From an uncultured Acetobacteraceae bacterium (lineage in GTDB: Bacteria; Pseudomonadota; Alphaproteobacteria; Acetobacterales; Acetobacteraceae): a stretch of DNA of 50,478 nucleotides. This document shows positions 14,101 to 24,158 of this stretch, piece by piece. The notes beneath the pieces are model-generated. The model did no database searches, was not told the DNA's origin, and saw only the letters and a list, made by a program, of their open reading frames with translations. A program made the position numbers and the translations under genes. The stretch is from NCBI GenBank assembly GCA_964250775.1, contig CAXUHK010000001.1, forward strand, positions 1 through 50,478, written 5' to 3'. The first letter of the stretch is position 1. The number at the start of each line of letters is the position of its first letter.

Positions 14101-17100
14101 AGCAGGTTGTGGGGGACGTGCATGACGCGCGCAGGGTGGACCCTGCCGTGATCGCTACGCCCACCCCAGCGGCTCCGTTGTTCATCAGAGCGCCGTTGGG
14201 AGCATACAGAGTGATCGGCGCGCCGGTCGAGTTCGCCACCGTCTGCGGACGCGCAAGAAAGTTCATGCGGACGCCGCCGGTTCCCGACGTTATCAGGTTG
14301 ATGCTGCTCGCGAGTTGCTGCGCGGTCGCCTGGTTGGCGCCTGCCGCCGGGATTGTGAACGCCTGGTCAGTTGAAGCGTTCATCACAGGGTCGCGTTGGC
14401 ACGCCCCACCGTCGTTCAGAACGCCCACGATGGAAGCGGTGAGCGCCGTAGTCGGGTCCAGCGAAAGCGGTGCGCCGCTGCTGCTACAGCCCATGAGCAC
14501 GTTGGACATCGTAAGCTGCGCCCCGGCTCCGACCGTGACCTGGCTCCCCGGACCCTGCCAGCCGCCGCCAATAGCGCCACCGGCCCAATTGACTTTCATG
14601 CCCGAGCCAATCCGCGCATCCTGAAAAGTCACGCCACCGTCGTTGACGCCGCTAAACGTCATGATCGAGGTTTGGCCTTTGAGGTCCAAGGTCATGTCTT
14701 GGATTTGGCAGTTCGCCCCGGTCAGCGTCAGGTTGCTCACGAGGCCGAACGTCTTGATGCACTCCGAACGCCGCAGGTAGGCCGTCACAGCCGCCCCAGT
14801 GCCGCCCGTGACGCTGATAGCCGTCCCGGCGGCGCACGGGGAGCTGGTGGGCTTGCTAAGGGTGACGGTGCTGCCTGTGATGGTGCTCACGGTCGAACCG
14901 GAAGCGATGCACGATCCCGATACATTGGCGCGCTGGGCAACGTTAGCACCCGAAGCCAGAACCAAAGTTGCCGAAGTGGCACCTTGGGCGGTTCCCACGG
15001 TGGTTGAAGCGCCCGAATAGCTGTCGGTGACTGTCACTGTCGGGGATGCCAGGGGAGCCGGGGGAAACAGCGCCGTGGCTGGTCCATAGTTGGTCCAGTT
15101 GCCCGATGTCAGGGCGTCGACCGAATAGATGCCGGTCGAGGTCGTGTCGTTGACAACCGAAATCGTCTCGCCATTGTTCGGGGCGTCTGTCACAACGGGG
15201 CTGACGTATCCGGTGCCGGGATTTGTGACCACGTAGTCTAGGACGGCGGGGTTGTTCACTATCGGCGAGGCGCTGTTGTAGATCGGCCCGTCGCCGCCGG
15301 CGTTGACAATTACGCCCGCGTCACCGTGAAAAGAGTATTTGACGCCGCAGCCGTAGCAGAATGGGCGAATTATGGTGATGCCGGAACCTCCGTCGCGGTC
15401 AACGATGAAGTTTCCCGGTCGGTAAGACACATCAATTCCGTTGTAGCCATACTCGCCAGACCAAAAAGCATTTGCATCCGGGCTATCGATTACTCCTAGA
15501 TCGTAATCGTTCGCGATGTCAATACCGTTCCAATCATCAAAAATTACGTGGTCAATCTTAGGGCGGTCTGAATGGGAGTTGATGCCTGTGCGAAACCCGA
15601 CAACGCCGACGTTCGCCAGCGTGGCGTCCTTTCCCATCGACACCCCCACACCCGCCCCCGAATACATGGTGGCGATCTGCGTTAAAACATTCATGCCCAC
15701 TACGGGAAGAGACGGGACGTTGCCGGCGACCACATAAATGTTTCGCAGCCCGCCGCCAGCGCCTGCCGAAAGGGTGACAGGCCCCGATGAGTTGCCGAGC
15801 ACAATGGTGGTGCCCTGCGGTGGCGCAAAGCCGCCTTGTAGGACGCCGCAGCTTACTCCCGCTGTCTGGTTTATGTTCTGCACCGATCCCGCAAGCTGGC
15901 CGGGGCCGCTCACAAACCAGCCGCCAGTTCCCAACATGCTGCCGTTGCCGGTGGCCTGGATACCAAGGCCGAAGCTGTTCCCGGTGGTTGAAGCGGTTTT
16001 GTAGGTGACTTCAAGCTGCCACCGGGCAGTGTTGTCCGTCATTTGGTTGGCGTTCCAAGCGCCCGTTTTATAGGTCGCTTGGGTGATGTTCGGATCGGAC
16101 GATCCCTGAAGAAACGCCAACAGGTTTGCAGCAAACGCCTGCATGGTGCTGCCGATTGTAACCTGGTAAGGATCGGCTGTTGTGCCCGCGTGAGTGCCGC
16201 TGGCCGACGCCACAAAAGAAACGACGGCTCCACCAGTGATCGCCCCAGCGTGCCCGTAGTAGCCGCTGGGTTGCGGAAAGCTGCACACGCCTCCGATGGT
16301 GATAGCGTCGCCAACCGCCGGAAGGTTGCTGTTCCAAACGCGCCCCGCCGCGAACGCCATAGCGGAGTTCCACGAATGCCCAAACCTCAGTCCGCGCACT
16401 TGCCCTTCGAGACCGTCAATGGTCCATTGCGGAGGAAGCGCAGGCGCAGTGGCGAACACAAAAACGTCTGCGCCGGGGTGAAGCGGAACAAGCGTGACGG
16501 TTTTGTTGGCATACGCAGGATTGCTTGCCAGAGCGGTTAAAGCGGAAGCGTTATCAGTGACCCCGTCCCCCACAAATCCAACTGATTGCATGACCACGCG
16601 AACGGCTGCGTTGTCGGCTTCCGAAACTGCCACAGTTGCGTTTGTGGGGGTCACTGTAAGGGCGGAACCCGAGCCGGCAAAGGACGACGCCGACATCGCG
16701 CCGGGAATGGTCGTGCCCGTAGGGGTCGAAATCAGGAACGGCGTGCCGCTGGTAGGAGAACCTGAACTATTGCGAAACGTGACGTTCCCGCCGCTGGCAA
16801 TTCCGAATTCGCCGGGAAGTAAGTTAAGGCCGTAGCTCCCCGGCGCGCCAAGGTTGCCGTAAAACGACACGCGAGCACCAAGCGCATCTGAAAAACGAAT
16901 GCCGGCAAACGATGGGGTTATCGAACCATCGGCCATGTGCGCCTGCGTTTGCGCAAGCGCCTCATTGGCTCGCGCCGTAGAGGCTTCGGCAGTCAATGCT
17001 GTTTGCTGGGCAGCTCCTACAATCCGAGCGTCGTTCCCGGTTGCAAGCGTTCCTGCCGATGTGCCCCCCAACGCCGCCGCTACCTGTGCCGCAGTTGGTG

Positions 17101-17767
17101 CGCCAGCCAATCCAGCTACACTCTGCACCGGAGCTGCCGCAGCCGCGCCAGTAGGCCCGACAAAGCCGGCAGGATTGGCCGCGTTGTAGGGAGTAAAGCC
17201 AAGCGCAGCGATTGCTGCGGCTGATGGCGTAACTCCTGGCAGAGTTGCAAGAGGGCCGGCAGAAGCCGCCGGAAGAGCTGCCGCAGCCAAGGCGCGAGCC
17301 GCCGCAGCCGCCGCACCGCCATCGAGCACAGCGCCAGCAGGAGCCTGCGATGCCGGTAGGTGCCCGGTCCCGTCGAGAGCCGCCGCGCCGTTGTTCGCCC
17401 CGACCGCAATTGCCGGCAAAGCCAAGTTAGCCGTCGTCTGAGCCGCTTGTGCCGCAGCAGCGTTGGAAGCCTCGCGGGCGATCGCACGCGCCGTCTCTGC
17501 TGGCGACACGCTTCCATCGGCCACGGTGCCAGGCGCGGTGCCGAAAAGCGGAACAATGCCGGCTCCAACGATCTGCGCTGGAGTCGCCTTCTTGGTCGCA
17601 CCGCGACCTGGCAGTGCCGCGCTTTGGTCTACGCCGATCGCATCATTTGGATAAAGCGTAGTCGCGGGCGGCAGGCCAAACAGCGTGGTCGTTTGCGCGA
17701 AGGCCGTGGTCGAGTACAGGGCAGCAGCCAAAACGGCAGCGATGCGGCGCATGTCAGGTGCCTTCAC
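14090..17767 (-). CDS. large tailspike/tail-fibre protein with a pectate-lyase-type beta-helix region
   Basis: It is 1225 aa and has a GTGA overlap with the upstream fibre gene. VGDGVTDNASALTAL resembles the Pectate_lyase_3 signature. An Ala-rich fibre-like N-terminal third is followed by a Gly/Ser/Thr-rich beta-helix-like body. The N-terminus MRRIAAVLAAALYSTTAFAQ looks like a signal peptide. Confidence 0.65.
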   Translation of the reverse strand: MKAPDMRRIAAVLAAALYSTTAFAQTTTLFGLPPATTLYPNDAIGVDQSAALPGRGATKKATPAQIVGAGIVPLFGTAPGTVADGSVSPAETARAIAREASNAAAAQAAQTTANLALPAIAVGANNGAAALDGTGHLPASQAPAGAVLDGGAAAAAARALAAAALPAASAGPLATLPGVTPSAAAIAALGFTPYNAANPAGFVGPTGAAAAAPVQSVAGLAGAPTAAQVAAALGGTSAGTLATGNDARIVGAAQQTALTAEASTARANEALAQTQAHMADGSITPSFAGIRFSDALGARVSFYGNLGAPGSYGLNLLPGEFGIASGGNVTFRNSSGSPTSGTPFLISTPTGTTIPGAMSASSFAGSGSALTVTPTNATVAVSEADNAAVRVVMQSVGFVGDGVTDNASALTALASNPAYANKTVTLVPLHPGADVFVFATAPALPPQWTIDGLEGQVRGLRFGHSWNSAMAFAAGRVWNSNLPAVGDAITIGGVCSFPQPSGYYGHAGAITGGAVVSFVASASGTHAGTTADPYQVTIGSTMQAFAANLLAFLQGSSDPNITQATYKTGAWNANQMTDNTARWQLEVTYKTASTTGNSFGLGIQATGNGSMLGTGGWFVSGPGQLAGSVQNINQTAGVSCGVLQGGFAPPQGTTIVLGNSSGPVTLSAGAGGGLRNIYVVAGNVPSLPVVGMNVLTQIATMYSGAGVGVSMGKDATLANVGVVGFRTGINSHSDRPKIDHVIFDDWNGIDIANDYDLGVIDSPDANAFWSGEYGYNGIDVSYRPGNFIVDRDGGSGITIIRPFCYGCGVKYSFHGDAGVIVNAGGDGPIYNSASPIVNNPAVLDYVVTNPGTGYVSPVVTDAPNNGETISVVNDTTSTGIYSVDALTSGNWTNYGPATALFPPAPLASPTVTVTDSYSGASTTVGTAQGATSATLVLASGANVAQRANVSGSCIASGSTVSTITGSTVTLSKPTSSPCAAGTAISVTGGTGAAVTAYLRRSECIKTFGLVSNLTLTGANCQIQDMTLDLKGQTSIMTFSGVNDGGVTFQDARIGSGMKVNWAGGAIGGGWQGPGSQVTVGAGAQLTMSNVLMGCSSSGAPLSLDPTTALTASIVGVLNDGGACQRDPVMNASTDQAFTIPAAGANQATAQQLASSINLITSGTGGVRMNFLARPQTVANSTGAPITLYAPNGALMNNGAAGVGVAITAGSTLRASCTSPTTCFSY

Positions 17768-19218
17768 AGAGACAGCCCATAAGGCGCAACACCGAAATTC
17801 GTGCCAGACCCGGCGGTGCTGCCGGGGAAGTAGCTTCCGCCCGCGCCGTTGGTGTTAATGATCCCGCCATTGTTGACCAGAAAGCGCGGCCCAGTCACGG
17901 CTGCTGCATTCAAGAAAATAATGCCGCTCGCAGCGAGTTGTCCGCCGGTGCCAGCCACCGCGAACGCGGTAGAAAAGGCATAAGGCGCGCCCGAGATGCA
18001 GTTGATTGTGGCCCCGGCGACTGCAATCAGGCTACTCGCGTTAAGCGAGTAAAGGTGCGCCGTGGCGTTGCCAGAAATGTAGTAGCTGACATTCGGAGAC
18101 AGCAACGCGACCTCGCCTCCGGACGCGGTGATGTGGGCGGCGGAGCACGTCCCAAACGCCACGCTATTGCCGATGTAGACGAGCGCGCCGTTGACCGATG
18201 TGAGGCCAGAACCCTGAAACGTCCCGGTTCCGGTCGCATTGAGAGCCATGTTCGAAACGCTGAACGACGCTCCATTCTGTCCCAAAAAGCACGAGGCGTT
18301 CGCGGCGTTGATGGTGACGCCGCTTGCACCCACAAAGGCAATCGGAATGGACGGCGCTCCGATCGGCGAGCCGGTCAACGTCACCGTGTCAGTGTAGGTT
18401 CCGGCGGCGACGTTCACAGTCACCGTCTGGCCGTTCAGGTCAAGGCTGTTATAGATGAAATTGACCGCAGCCTGTTTAGTGGCAAAAGCGTTCCAAGGCT
18501 GCAAACCCGAGTTGCTGTCGTTGCCTGTGGTCGAAACATAGAGCGTAAGGGGAGCAGTCAGCCGGCGGCGCTGCATGGGCAACTTGGTCGGGACGAACGG
18601 CGCGGAGGGGTGCTGAACGATGTTTAGGGGGGTCAAAGCGGTTTGCCCGCTCGCGACGGTCACAACCCATAGAGGGGTCCATCCAGCATCGGCACCAGGC
18701 GTCACCTGCGATCCCGTGCTTGCGGCTGTGCCGGCCTTGACCTGCAACCCGACGCGCTGCTGGCGAACGGTGTTGCTCGCGGTGCCGGCGTTGTTTGGGC
18801 CGAGATACGGCTGCGCCGGGTTGGCCGCGTTGTAGAATGGCAGCACAACCGGCAAGGCATCGGTTTCCTGGAATTGCGCCTCGATGAGGTAGTTGATCGA
18901 CTGCCCCACAGTTCCAGGCACGGCAAAGGCTGCCGTGGTCGTGGTTTGGCTGTTTATGCCGCATTTGACGATGCTATCCGCCGCGTCGCTCGAAAGGCTG
19001 CCGTAAGGCGTGGCTTCAAGCGAGGCGAGCTGGAAAATGCAGCCTGGCCCGATTTGCGCTGCCAAGCCGATTGGCGAGCACGAAAGCCCGTCAACCACGA
19101 CGCTTGACCCCAGCATGGCCGCCGCCATCGAGCCGAGCGCCACCATGGCATTCTGGTTCGTGTGCAGTAGGTCGGTATCGAGCGGGATGCTGCCTGGATA
19201 AACGATTGTGCGGTCCAA
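17764..19218 (-). CDS. tail fibre protein
   Basis: The TTG start has GAGGGG upstream. The N-terminus DRTIVYPGSIPLDTDLLHTNQNAMVALG is typical of fibre proteins attached to baseplate gpI-like proteins. It sits immediately downstream of the baseplate genes. Confidence 0.65.
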   Translation of the reverse strand: MDRTIVYPGSIPLDTDLLHTNQNAMVALGSMAAAMLGSSVVVDGLSCSPIGLAAQIGPGCIFQLASLEATPYGSLSSDAADSIVKCGINSQTTTTAAFAVPGTVGQSINYLIEAQFQETDALPVVLPFYNAANPAQPYLGPNNAGTASNTVRQQRVGLQVKAGTAASTGSQVTPGADAGWTPLWVVTVASGQTALTPLNIVQHPSAPFVPTKLPMQRRRLTAPLTLYVSTTGNDSNSGLQPWNAFATKQAAVNFIYNSLDLNGQTVTVNVAAGTYTDTVTLTGSPIGAPSIPIAFVGASGVTINAANASCFLGQNGASFSVSNMALNATGTGTFQGSGLTSVNGALVYIGNSVAFGTCSAAHITASGGEVALLSPNVSYYISGNATAHLYSLNASSLIAVAGATINCISGAPYAFSTAFAVAGTGGQLAASGIIFLNAAAVTGPRFLVNNGGIINTNGAGGSYFPGSTAGSGTNFGVAPYGLSL

Positions 19219-19228
19219 ATCAGGCCCC

Positions 19229-19921
19229 TCAACTTGCGATTGCGGTCCAGGCTATCGTCGCGCCCGGCATGGTGTTGGCGATGGTCGCGTAAATCTCCGC
19301 GTCAGTGACCTGGCCGCCCGATTGAGCAAGGCTGGCGTAGGACAAAGACCCCACACCATATGCACCAGCCTGCGAGCGATATCCCGGCAGGTTCGCGATC
19401 CCGGCTCCGGTCGGGCGATAGGCGTTTACAAACGCCTGATATGGCAGCGCCAGAGAGCCATACCGCCCTGCCACGCCGTATCCAAGGCCGGTTCCGGCCG
19501 TCATGCCAGGCGTGCCATACCCACCCGTGTCCGTCGCGCGCTCAGGCTCAAAAATGGTCGGAACACGTCCGGTAAGATTGACCAAGGCTGCCGTGAGAGC
19601 GGCGCGGGTGTTGCGCGGTCGCAGCATCTCCTTGCCGATCCTGACGCGGTAGCCGACGTCCGCCTCGTTGGTCCGGCGTGGCAGGCCGGTGCCAAAGTAG
19701 TCGAGCGCGATCATGTCCAGAAACACGTCGGTAGCGGTCGCTATGCGCGTCTGCCGAGCGGCATAGGACAATAGACCGTAAAGCCATTCCCACGACGATG
19801 ATAGGCCCGCCAGCAAGGCGTCAAGCGTGGGGGAAGCGTTCTGGCCGGCTTGCGGGAACCATCCGTCTGGCAAAACCGAGCGGAGCCGCGCCGAAAAATC
19901 CGTTGCGTTACCGGTCGCCAT
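19229..19921 (-). CDS. baseplate protein, P2 gpI / Mu gp48-like
   Basis: It follows the gpJ-like gene with a 1-nt overlap. The size and position fit the family. Confidence 0.55.
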   Translation of the reverse strand: MATGNATDFSARLRSVLPDGWFPQAGQNASPTLDALLAGLSSSWEWLYGLLSYAARQTRIATATDVFLDMIALDYFGTGLPRRTNEADVGYRVRIGKEMLRPRNTRAALTAALVNLTGRVPTIFEPERATDTGGYGTPGMTAGTGLGYGVAGRYGSLALPYQAFVNAYRPTGAGIANLPGYRSQAGAYGVGSLSYASLAQSGGQVTDAEIYATIANTMPGATIAWTAIAS

Positions 19922-21045
19922 CAGCCGGCACCGACCGAAGCGACGCGCACGACTTGCGACTGCGCCCCGCCGATGTCGGCCTTTGCCCCGTTAATTGTCA
20001 AGTTTGCGATGTTTGCAATGCCGGGCGAGGCGTTGAAGATGACCTGAGCCAGCTTGTTGTAAGGCAGTGCCGCGCCCATCGGCAGGCTACCGACATAGGC
20101 GGACACTGCCAATGACGCCAAAGTATCAAGCGCCGGCACGGTGTAGCCTGGTGCCGCGACCAGGTTAAACGACACGCTGGCGTTGACCACGGAAGGTGGC
20201 AAGACGGAAAAGCTCGACCCGATTGGGCGAATGGCGTCGATGGCCGCGTAGACGGTCGAGAGCAGGCCAGAGGGCGGCGCGCCCGACCCGTCATCAACCC
20301 AAACGGTAAAAGTGCCAGGGGTGAACACGCCGCCCGCCGTGCTGTTCTCGGCAACGCTCCATGTCAGGTTTTGCTGCACCTGCTGCACGGCAAAGGCGAT
20401 GGCTGCCTTTGTGGCGCTAGACCGCGTGTTGATGAAGCCGACAAAGGCCGATCGGGCGGCGGCGTCCGTCTGCGCGTCGATGCCGTTGGTGAACGCGGCG
20501 GCGTTCGTCACGGTGTCGATAAAGGCAAGCGCGGCCGTGGAAAGAGCGATCGTTCCGGCCGCGACGTTGCCTTGCGTGCCGGCATTTAGCGCCTGAACTG
20601 GGAAGACGGCGCTCGCCTGTCCGACCGGGATCGTGTAGCCGCCCAACGTCGCCGAGTAGAACGCCGACGCCGCGTTGGCGGTCACGGCGAACTGCTGCGT
20701 TCCGTCGCTCGTTTTGACGGTTGTTCCGACCGGCACGAAAGCCGCCGCGCTTTCCACGTATCGACCAAAGGTAACGCTCCCGGTCGCATAGGTCGCGGCG
20801 ATCCTGGCAAAGCCGAAGTCCGCCAGCCAGCTATCAAGATCCAAGCCGGTCGATGTGGCGGCTCGCGTGACCAGCATAACCAGCGAGATCAGCCATTGCA
20901 TCCACAACGCGACGCTGGCATTAGCTTCCAGGATCGCCCGCAGCGCCGCGCCTGGTGCCAGTTTGAGCACGGCAGTTGCGGACGATTGCGCAGCCGCCGC
21001 CTGTTGCGCGACCCATTGCTGAAACGATTGGAACGACAGGACCAA
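19921..21045 (-). CDS. baseplate J-like protein (P2 gpJ / Mu gp47)
   Basis: It is 374 aa and sits between the gpW-like and gpI-like genes. It has a TTG start. Confidence 0.65.
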   Translation of the reverse strand: MVLSFQSFQQWVAQQAAAAQSSATAVLKLAPGAALRAILEANASVALWMQWLISLVMLVTRAATSTGLDLDSWLADFGFARIAATYATGSVTFGRYVESAAAFVPVGTTVKTSDGTQQFAVTANAASAFYSATLGGYTIPVGQASAVFPVQALNAGTQGNVAAGTIALSTAALAFIDTVTNAAAFTNGIDAQTDAAARSAFVGFINTRSSATKAAIAFAVQQVQQNLTWSVAENSTAGGVFTPGTFTVWVDDGSGAPPSGLLSTVYAAIDAIRPIGSSFSVLPPSVVNASVSFNLVAAPGYTVPALDTLASLAVSAYVGSLPMGAALPYNKLAQVIFNASPGIANIANLTINGAKADIGGAQSQVVRVASVGAG

Positions 21046-21049
21046 TGGG

Positions 21050-21412
21050 CTAAACCTTGAACGTCGCTACCTGTTGCGCGCCCGAATTGGCGTCCGTGTA
21101 TGTGATACTCAGGAACACCGAGCCTGTCCCGTCAGATACGGCCGTCGCGGTGGGCGGCGGCGTCCGCGCCACGCCGGCCTCCTGCAACATCTGCCCGCGC
21201 GCGATGCCAGCAATGCGCGCGGCATCCGCCGGCTGTCCGATCATGGCGGGGAGGCCAGCACCATAGCCGAGATGCCAGATGTAGTTTCCCGGTATCGTCA
21301 TCAGCCGGCGAAGCACGCGCTGAAGCGTCTCGTCCGCGCTGTGCGCCAAAAGCAAATCGCCATCCGCCGCTAATTGCAAATCGGAGCCGAATTGGTGCCA
21401 GAAATCGGCCAT
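21050..21412 (-). CDS. baseplate wedge protein, gpW / Mu gp46-like
   Basis: MADFWHQFGSDLQLAADGDLLLAHSADETLQRVLRRLMTIPGNYIW fits the GDL...Q.l..RL.T..G pattern. It is 120 aa. Confidence 0.55.
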   Translation of the reverse strand: MADFWHQFGSDLQLAADGDLLLAHSADETLQRVLRRLMTIPGNYIWHLGYGAGLPAMIGQPADAARIAGIARGQMLQEAGVARTPPPTATAVSDGTGSVFLSITYTDANSGAQQVATFKV

Positions 21413-21416
21413 TGGT

Positions 21417-22019
21417 TTATTCCGGGTCTGGATTGGACGGACCGGCGGTCTGCCCGCCTTGCGGGTCGCCGTGCGTGTGGCCGTTGAACGCGCCGCGCAG
21501 CCGGTCGAGAGAGCCGTGACGGTCGCTGACATCGCCGTTCGCCATGAACGGCCCATCCACGTGCAGCGGTCCACGCACGTAAACCGTCCCGTCCGAGCAC
21601 ATGCGCAGCACCGATCCCGACTTGTGAACAAACCCGGCCTCTCCCGCCTGCCAAGGCGTTTGCGCAGTCGAAGGAGAACCGTTCAGCGTGCCAGGTAAAC
21701 CGGCTGGGACAACCGGGATAACCGAGACGTCGGAATGGGCAAATCCGACCACGATGTAGTGGCCGCCGTCGCCGAGGTCAGGCACCAGGAGGGCGTTCAT
21801 GCCGACATCCGGGATGACAACCGCAGTCATGCTCGCGCCCGCGCCGGACTGCGCGACTGGCAGCCAGCCGGACTGGACGCCTTCCGGTTGGATCGTCACC
21901 TTCACCGCCGGCCGGGTCGGATCAACGCTCGTGACCACACCCCATCGGTTCACGCCTTGCCGCGCGTCGCCGGCCGCCGCGTGCGACTTGATGCCGTTAA
22001 TGAGCCGGTCAATGCTCAT
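21417..22019 (-). CDS. baseplate spike/assembly protein V-like
   Basis: It has an ATGA overlap with the gpD-like stop. GVVTSVDPTRPAVKVTIQPEGVQSGWLPV is typical of a gpV OB-fold N-terminus. Confidence 0.65.
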   Translation of the reverse strand: MSIDRLINGIKSHAAAGDARQGVNRWGVVTSVDPTRPAVKVTIQPEGVQSGWLPVAQSGAGASMTAVVIPDVGMNALLVPDLGDGGHYIVVGFAHSDVSVIPVVPAGLPGTLNGSPSTAQTPWQAGEAGFVHKSGSVLRMCSDGTVYVRGPLHVDGPFMANGDVSDRHGSLDRLRGAFNGHTHGDPQGGQTAGPSNPDPE

Positions 22020-23167
22020 GCCAAGGTCGCCTGCGAGCCGGTTGAATGGTTCTTGACACGGGCGTTCATCAAAAACCCGGTCTGGTCGATGCTGCGCTCG
22101 ATGCTGTCGACGTAATAAAATTGATCCCACTCCGACGCGGTGCCGGTAATTTGGATCATAGCGCGCGGGCTGAACGTCAGGTCGCCTGATGCATCGAACG
22201 TGGCAACTCGCTCGTGCTTGGTGATGTCGACAAGCAGGGCGTTGGCGAGTTGCTGCGCCGCATCTTCGGTCATGTTCGGCCTGACCACGACGTATCTCTG
22301 CGGCGGGTCTTTGAGGTTCTTCAAAGCCGAACGGGCGCGCGCCGTTTTCGTGAATGCCTTGCCCTTTTTGGAGTGCCAGGACCGGACTTCCACCACGACA
22401 TCTTTAGCGATCGTCATGGACCGTTCCAGGCGCAGGTTCATGACGTTGCAGGACGCGAAGCCGCCATGGGACGGCACCCACTGCACCGGGTAGACGACCG
22501 CGCCCGGCGGCGGGGCCACGTTGAACACGTTGGGAGCGGCGGGAGACAGCGTGCTCGACGGGTGGGCGTGCAGCGTGGTCCCGGTCACATACAGGTCGTA
22601 TCCTTCGCGTTGCGCGAGATTGACCAGCAAATCCCACTCGGTTGTGCTGTGATGAAACTGCCCAAGCGTCATCTGGTCGTGGTCGTTCTGGTAGAACCGC
22701 CCAGCCGGCGTGGTCGTGGGGGTTACATCCGCCTGCATCTGATGCCGACCGGCAATGATCGTCACAATTTCCGAGAACGTTTTGTTTAAAAATGTTTCTT
22801 GCGTCTTGGTTTCGATCAAAGCCGCAGTCAGGTCGCGCCCTTCGACATGAACCGTTCCGCCCTCCATATCGACGCTCGCCTGGTCCACTTTGCCAATGAT
22901 GAGCGACTGCCAATTGAGCGGTTGGTTTGGCAGCACAAAGCACACTTGCACGTCGATGAGGGGCGCGTTCGATCCCCACCAGCCAGGACCGTAGGCCGGA
23001 TCGGCATACAGCGCGAACGTCGCGTCAAAGCGATCCGCCTGATACCAGTTGTTAGACGTGACGTGCGCCTCGATCGCACCGGGGATCGGGACACCGTTCG
23101 TGAGTACCCGGAGCAAGGGCGCGCGAACGCCACCAGTTGCAAAGGCCGGGCCGGTAGTGCCGCTCAT
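22016..23167 (-). CDS. baseplate hub, late control gene D-like (Mu gp44)
   Basis: It is 383 aa and sits between the tail X-like and gpV-like genes. The sequence pattern resembles the gpD family. Confidence 0.65.
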   Translation of the reverse strand: MSGTTGPAFATGGVRAPLLRVLTNGVPIPGAIEAHVTSNNWYQADRFDATFALYADPAYGPGWWGSNAPLIDVQVCFVLPNQPLNWQSLIIGKVDQASVDMEGGTVHVEGRDLTAALIETKTQETFLNKTFSEIVTIIAGRHQMQADVTPTTTPAGRFYQNDHDQMTLGQFHHSTTEWDLLVNLAQREGYDLYVTGTTLHAHPSSTLSPAAPNVFNVAPPPGAVVYPVQWVPSHGGFASCNVMNLRLERSMTIAKDVVVEVRSWHSKKGKAFTKTARARSALKNLKDPPQRYVVVRPNMTEDAAQQLANALLVDITKHERVATFDASGDLTFSPRAMIQITGTASEWDQFYYVDSIERSIDQTGFLMNARVKNHSTGSQATLA

Positions 23168-23346
23168 TGGGGAGGGATGCCGCCTGTCTGTGACAGGTCC
23201 GGTTGTGGCACCGTCAGCACCGTCAAGCCAGGCAGAACGAAGTCACGGAAGTTGTTGGCCCGCGCCAAGCGAATAGCTTGCGTGGCGTCGCCCAGCGTGC
23301 GCGCGGCGATATGGAACAGGTCGCCTGATGTGGTGATCGTGCTCAC
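23164..23346 (-). CDS. tail protein X-like (LysM-like) small protein
   Basis: GTGA and ATGA overlaps at the two ends. The translation reads STITTSGDLFHIAARTLGDATQAIRLARANNF... It is 60 aa. The rest of the 368-aa ORF in the track is rejected. Confidence 0.5.
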   Translation of the reverse strand: MSTITTSGDLFHIAARTLGDATQAIRLARANNFRDFVLPGLTVLTVPQPDLSQTGGIPPQ

Positions 23347-24158
23347 GGCAAGGCTCCGGTGATGTTGCTGACCGCCCGGCCGACGTATCCCAGCGCCGCC
23401 TGCCCGGCCGCCGCTATGCCGCTGTTGCCGACCGCGGCGGAAAGCGCGCCCGCAGCTTGTAGCGGGTCCGTCGTGCCGAGCAAATTGGACGCGCCCCCGA
23501 GCGCGCCCAGCGCCCCGTTGGCCGCGCCGGACACGCCCGCCAACGCGCCCTGCGCGACCCCCAGGTTCGCCAGCAGGGCCACCGACGCGCTTGACCCTCC
23601 CGTGAGCACGGATATGGCTCGCGCGCCCTGCTGCGCCGTCTGTAGGGCCGTGGACGCGCCGGACAGCGCGGCGGGCAGGCCGATGCCCGTGGCGCTGGAT
23701 AGGTCGTCGAGCACCTGCCCGAGCAGGGTGGGAGGCTGGTCGCTCAACGTGGCGGACAGGTCGTAAAGCAGCTCGCACGACACCCGGTAGTCCACGCGGC
23801 CGGGAGCCATGTCGGTTGACGTGAAATCCGAGATGACGACGCTGTAGACGTGCGCGCCCCACGACAGCGTGACCGGCTGCCCGGCCACCCGCATCTCGTC
23901 CACGAGCAGCGCCCGCGTCGCGGCGTCCGGGGAAAGGAACATGCCGGACCACGAGATTGCGTGGTCGTCGCGGCCCATCGCGTCGATCACGCGCCCGCCG
24001 CCCGGCAGCTTGTGGACCCTGACCGATTGCGCGCCGCCCCACGGGATGCTCGCCGGCAGCTCGAACCCAGAGAAGGTGACGCTGCCCAGCGTGACGCCGC
24101 CGGACGCCCCGAACAGCACGTCGGACACGGCGGAGACCTGGGAGAGGAAGCCGCTCAT
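23343..24158 (-). CDS. tail protein, Mu gp43 (DNA circulation N-terminal)-like
   Basis: It has an ATGA overlap with the tape-measure stop. The N-terminal pattern is VTFSGFELPASIPWGGAQSVRVHKLPGGGRVIDAMGRDD. Confidence 0.5.
   Translation of the reverse strand: MSGFLSQVSAVSDVLFGASGGVTLGSVTFSGFELPASIPWGGAQSVRVHKLPGGGRVIDAMGRDDHAISWSGMFLSPDAATRALLVDEMRVAGQPVTLSWGAHVYSVVISDFTSTDMAPGRVDYRVSCELLYDLSATLSDQPPTLLGQVLDDLSSATGIGLPAALSGASTALQTAQQGARAISVLTGGSSASVALLANLGVAQGALAGVSGAANGALGALGGASNLLGTTDPLQAAGALSAAVGNSGIAAAGQAALGYVGRAVSNITGALP

Noticed and set aside
14090-19218. Diversity-generating retroelement targeting the fibre genes
   Set aside because: No reverse transcriptase-like ORF occurs anywhere in the window. 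I saw no template/variable repeat pair near the 3' ends of the fibre genes. A computed self-alignment would be needed to exclude it fully.
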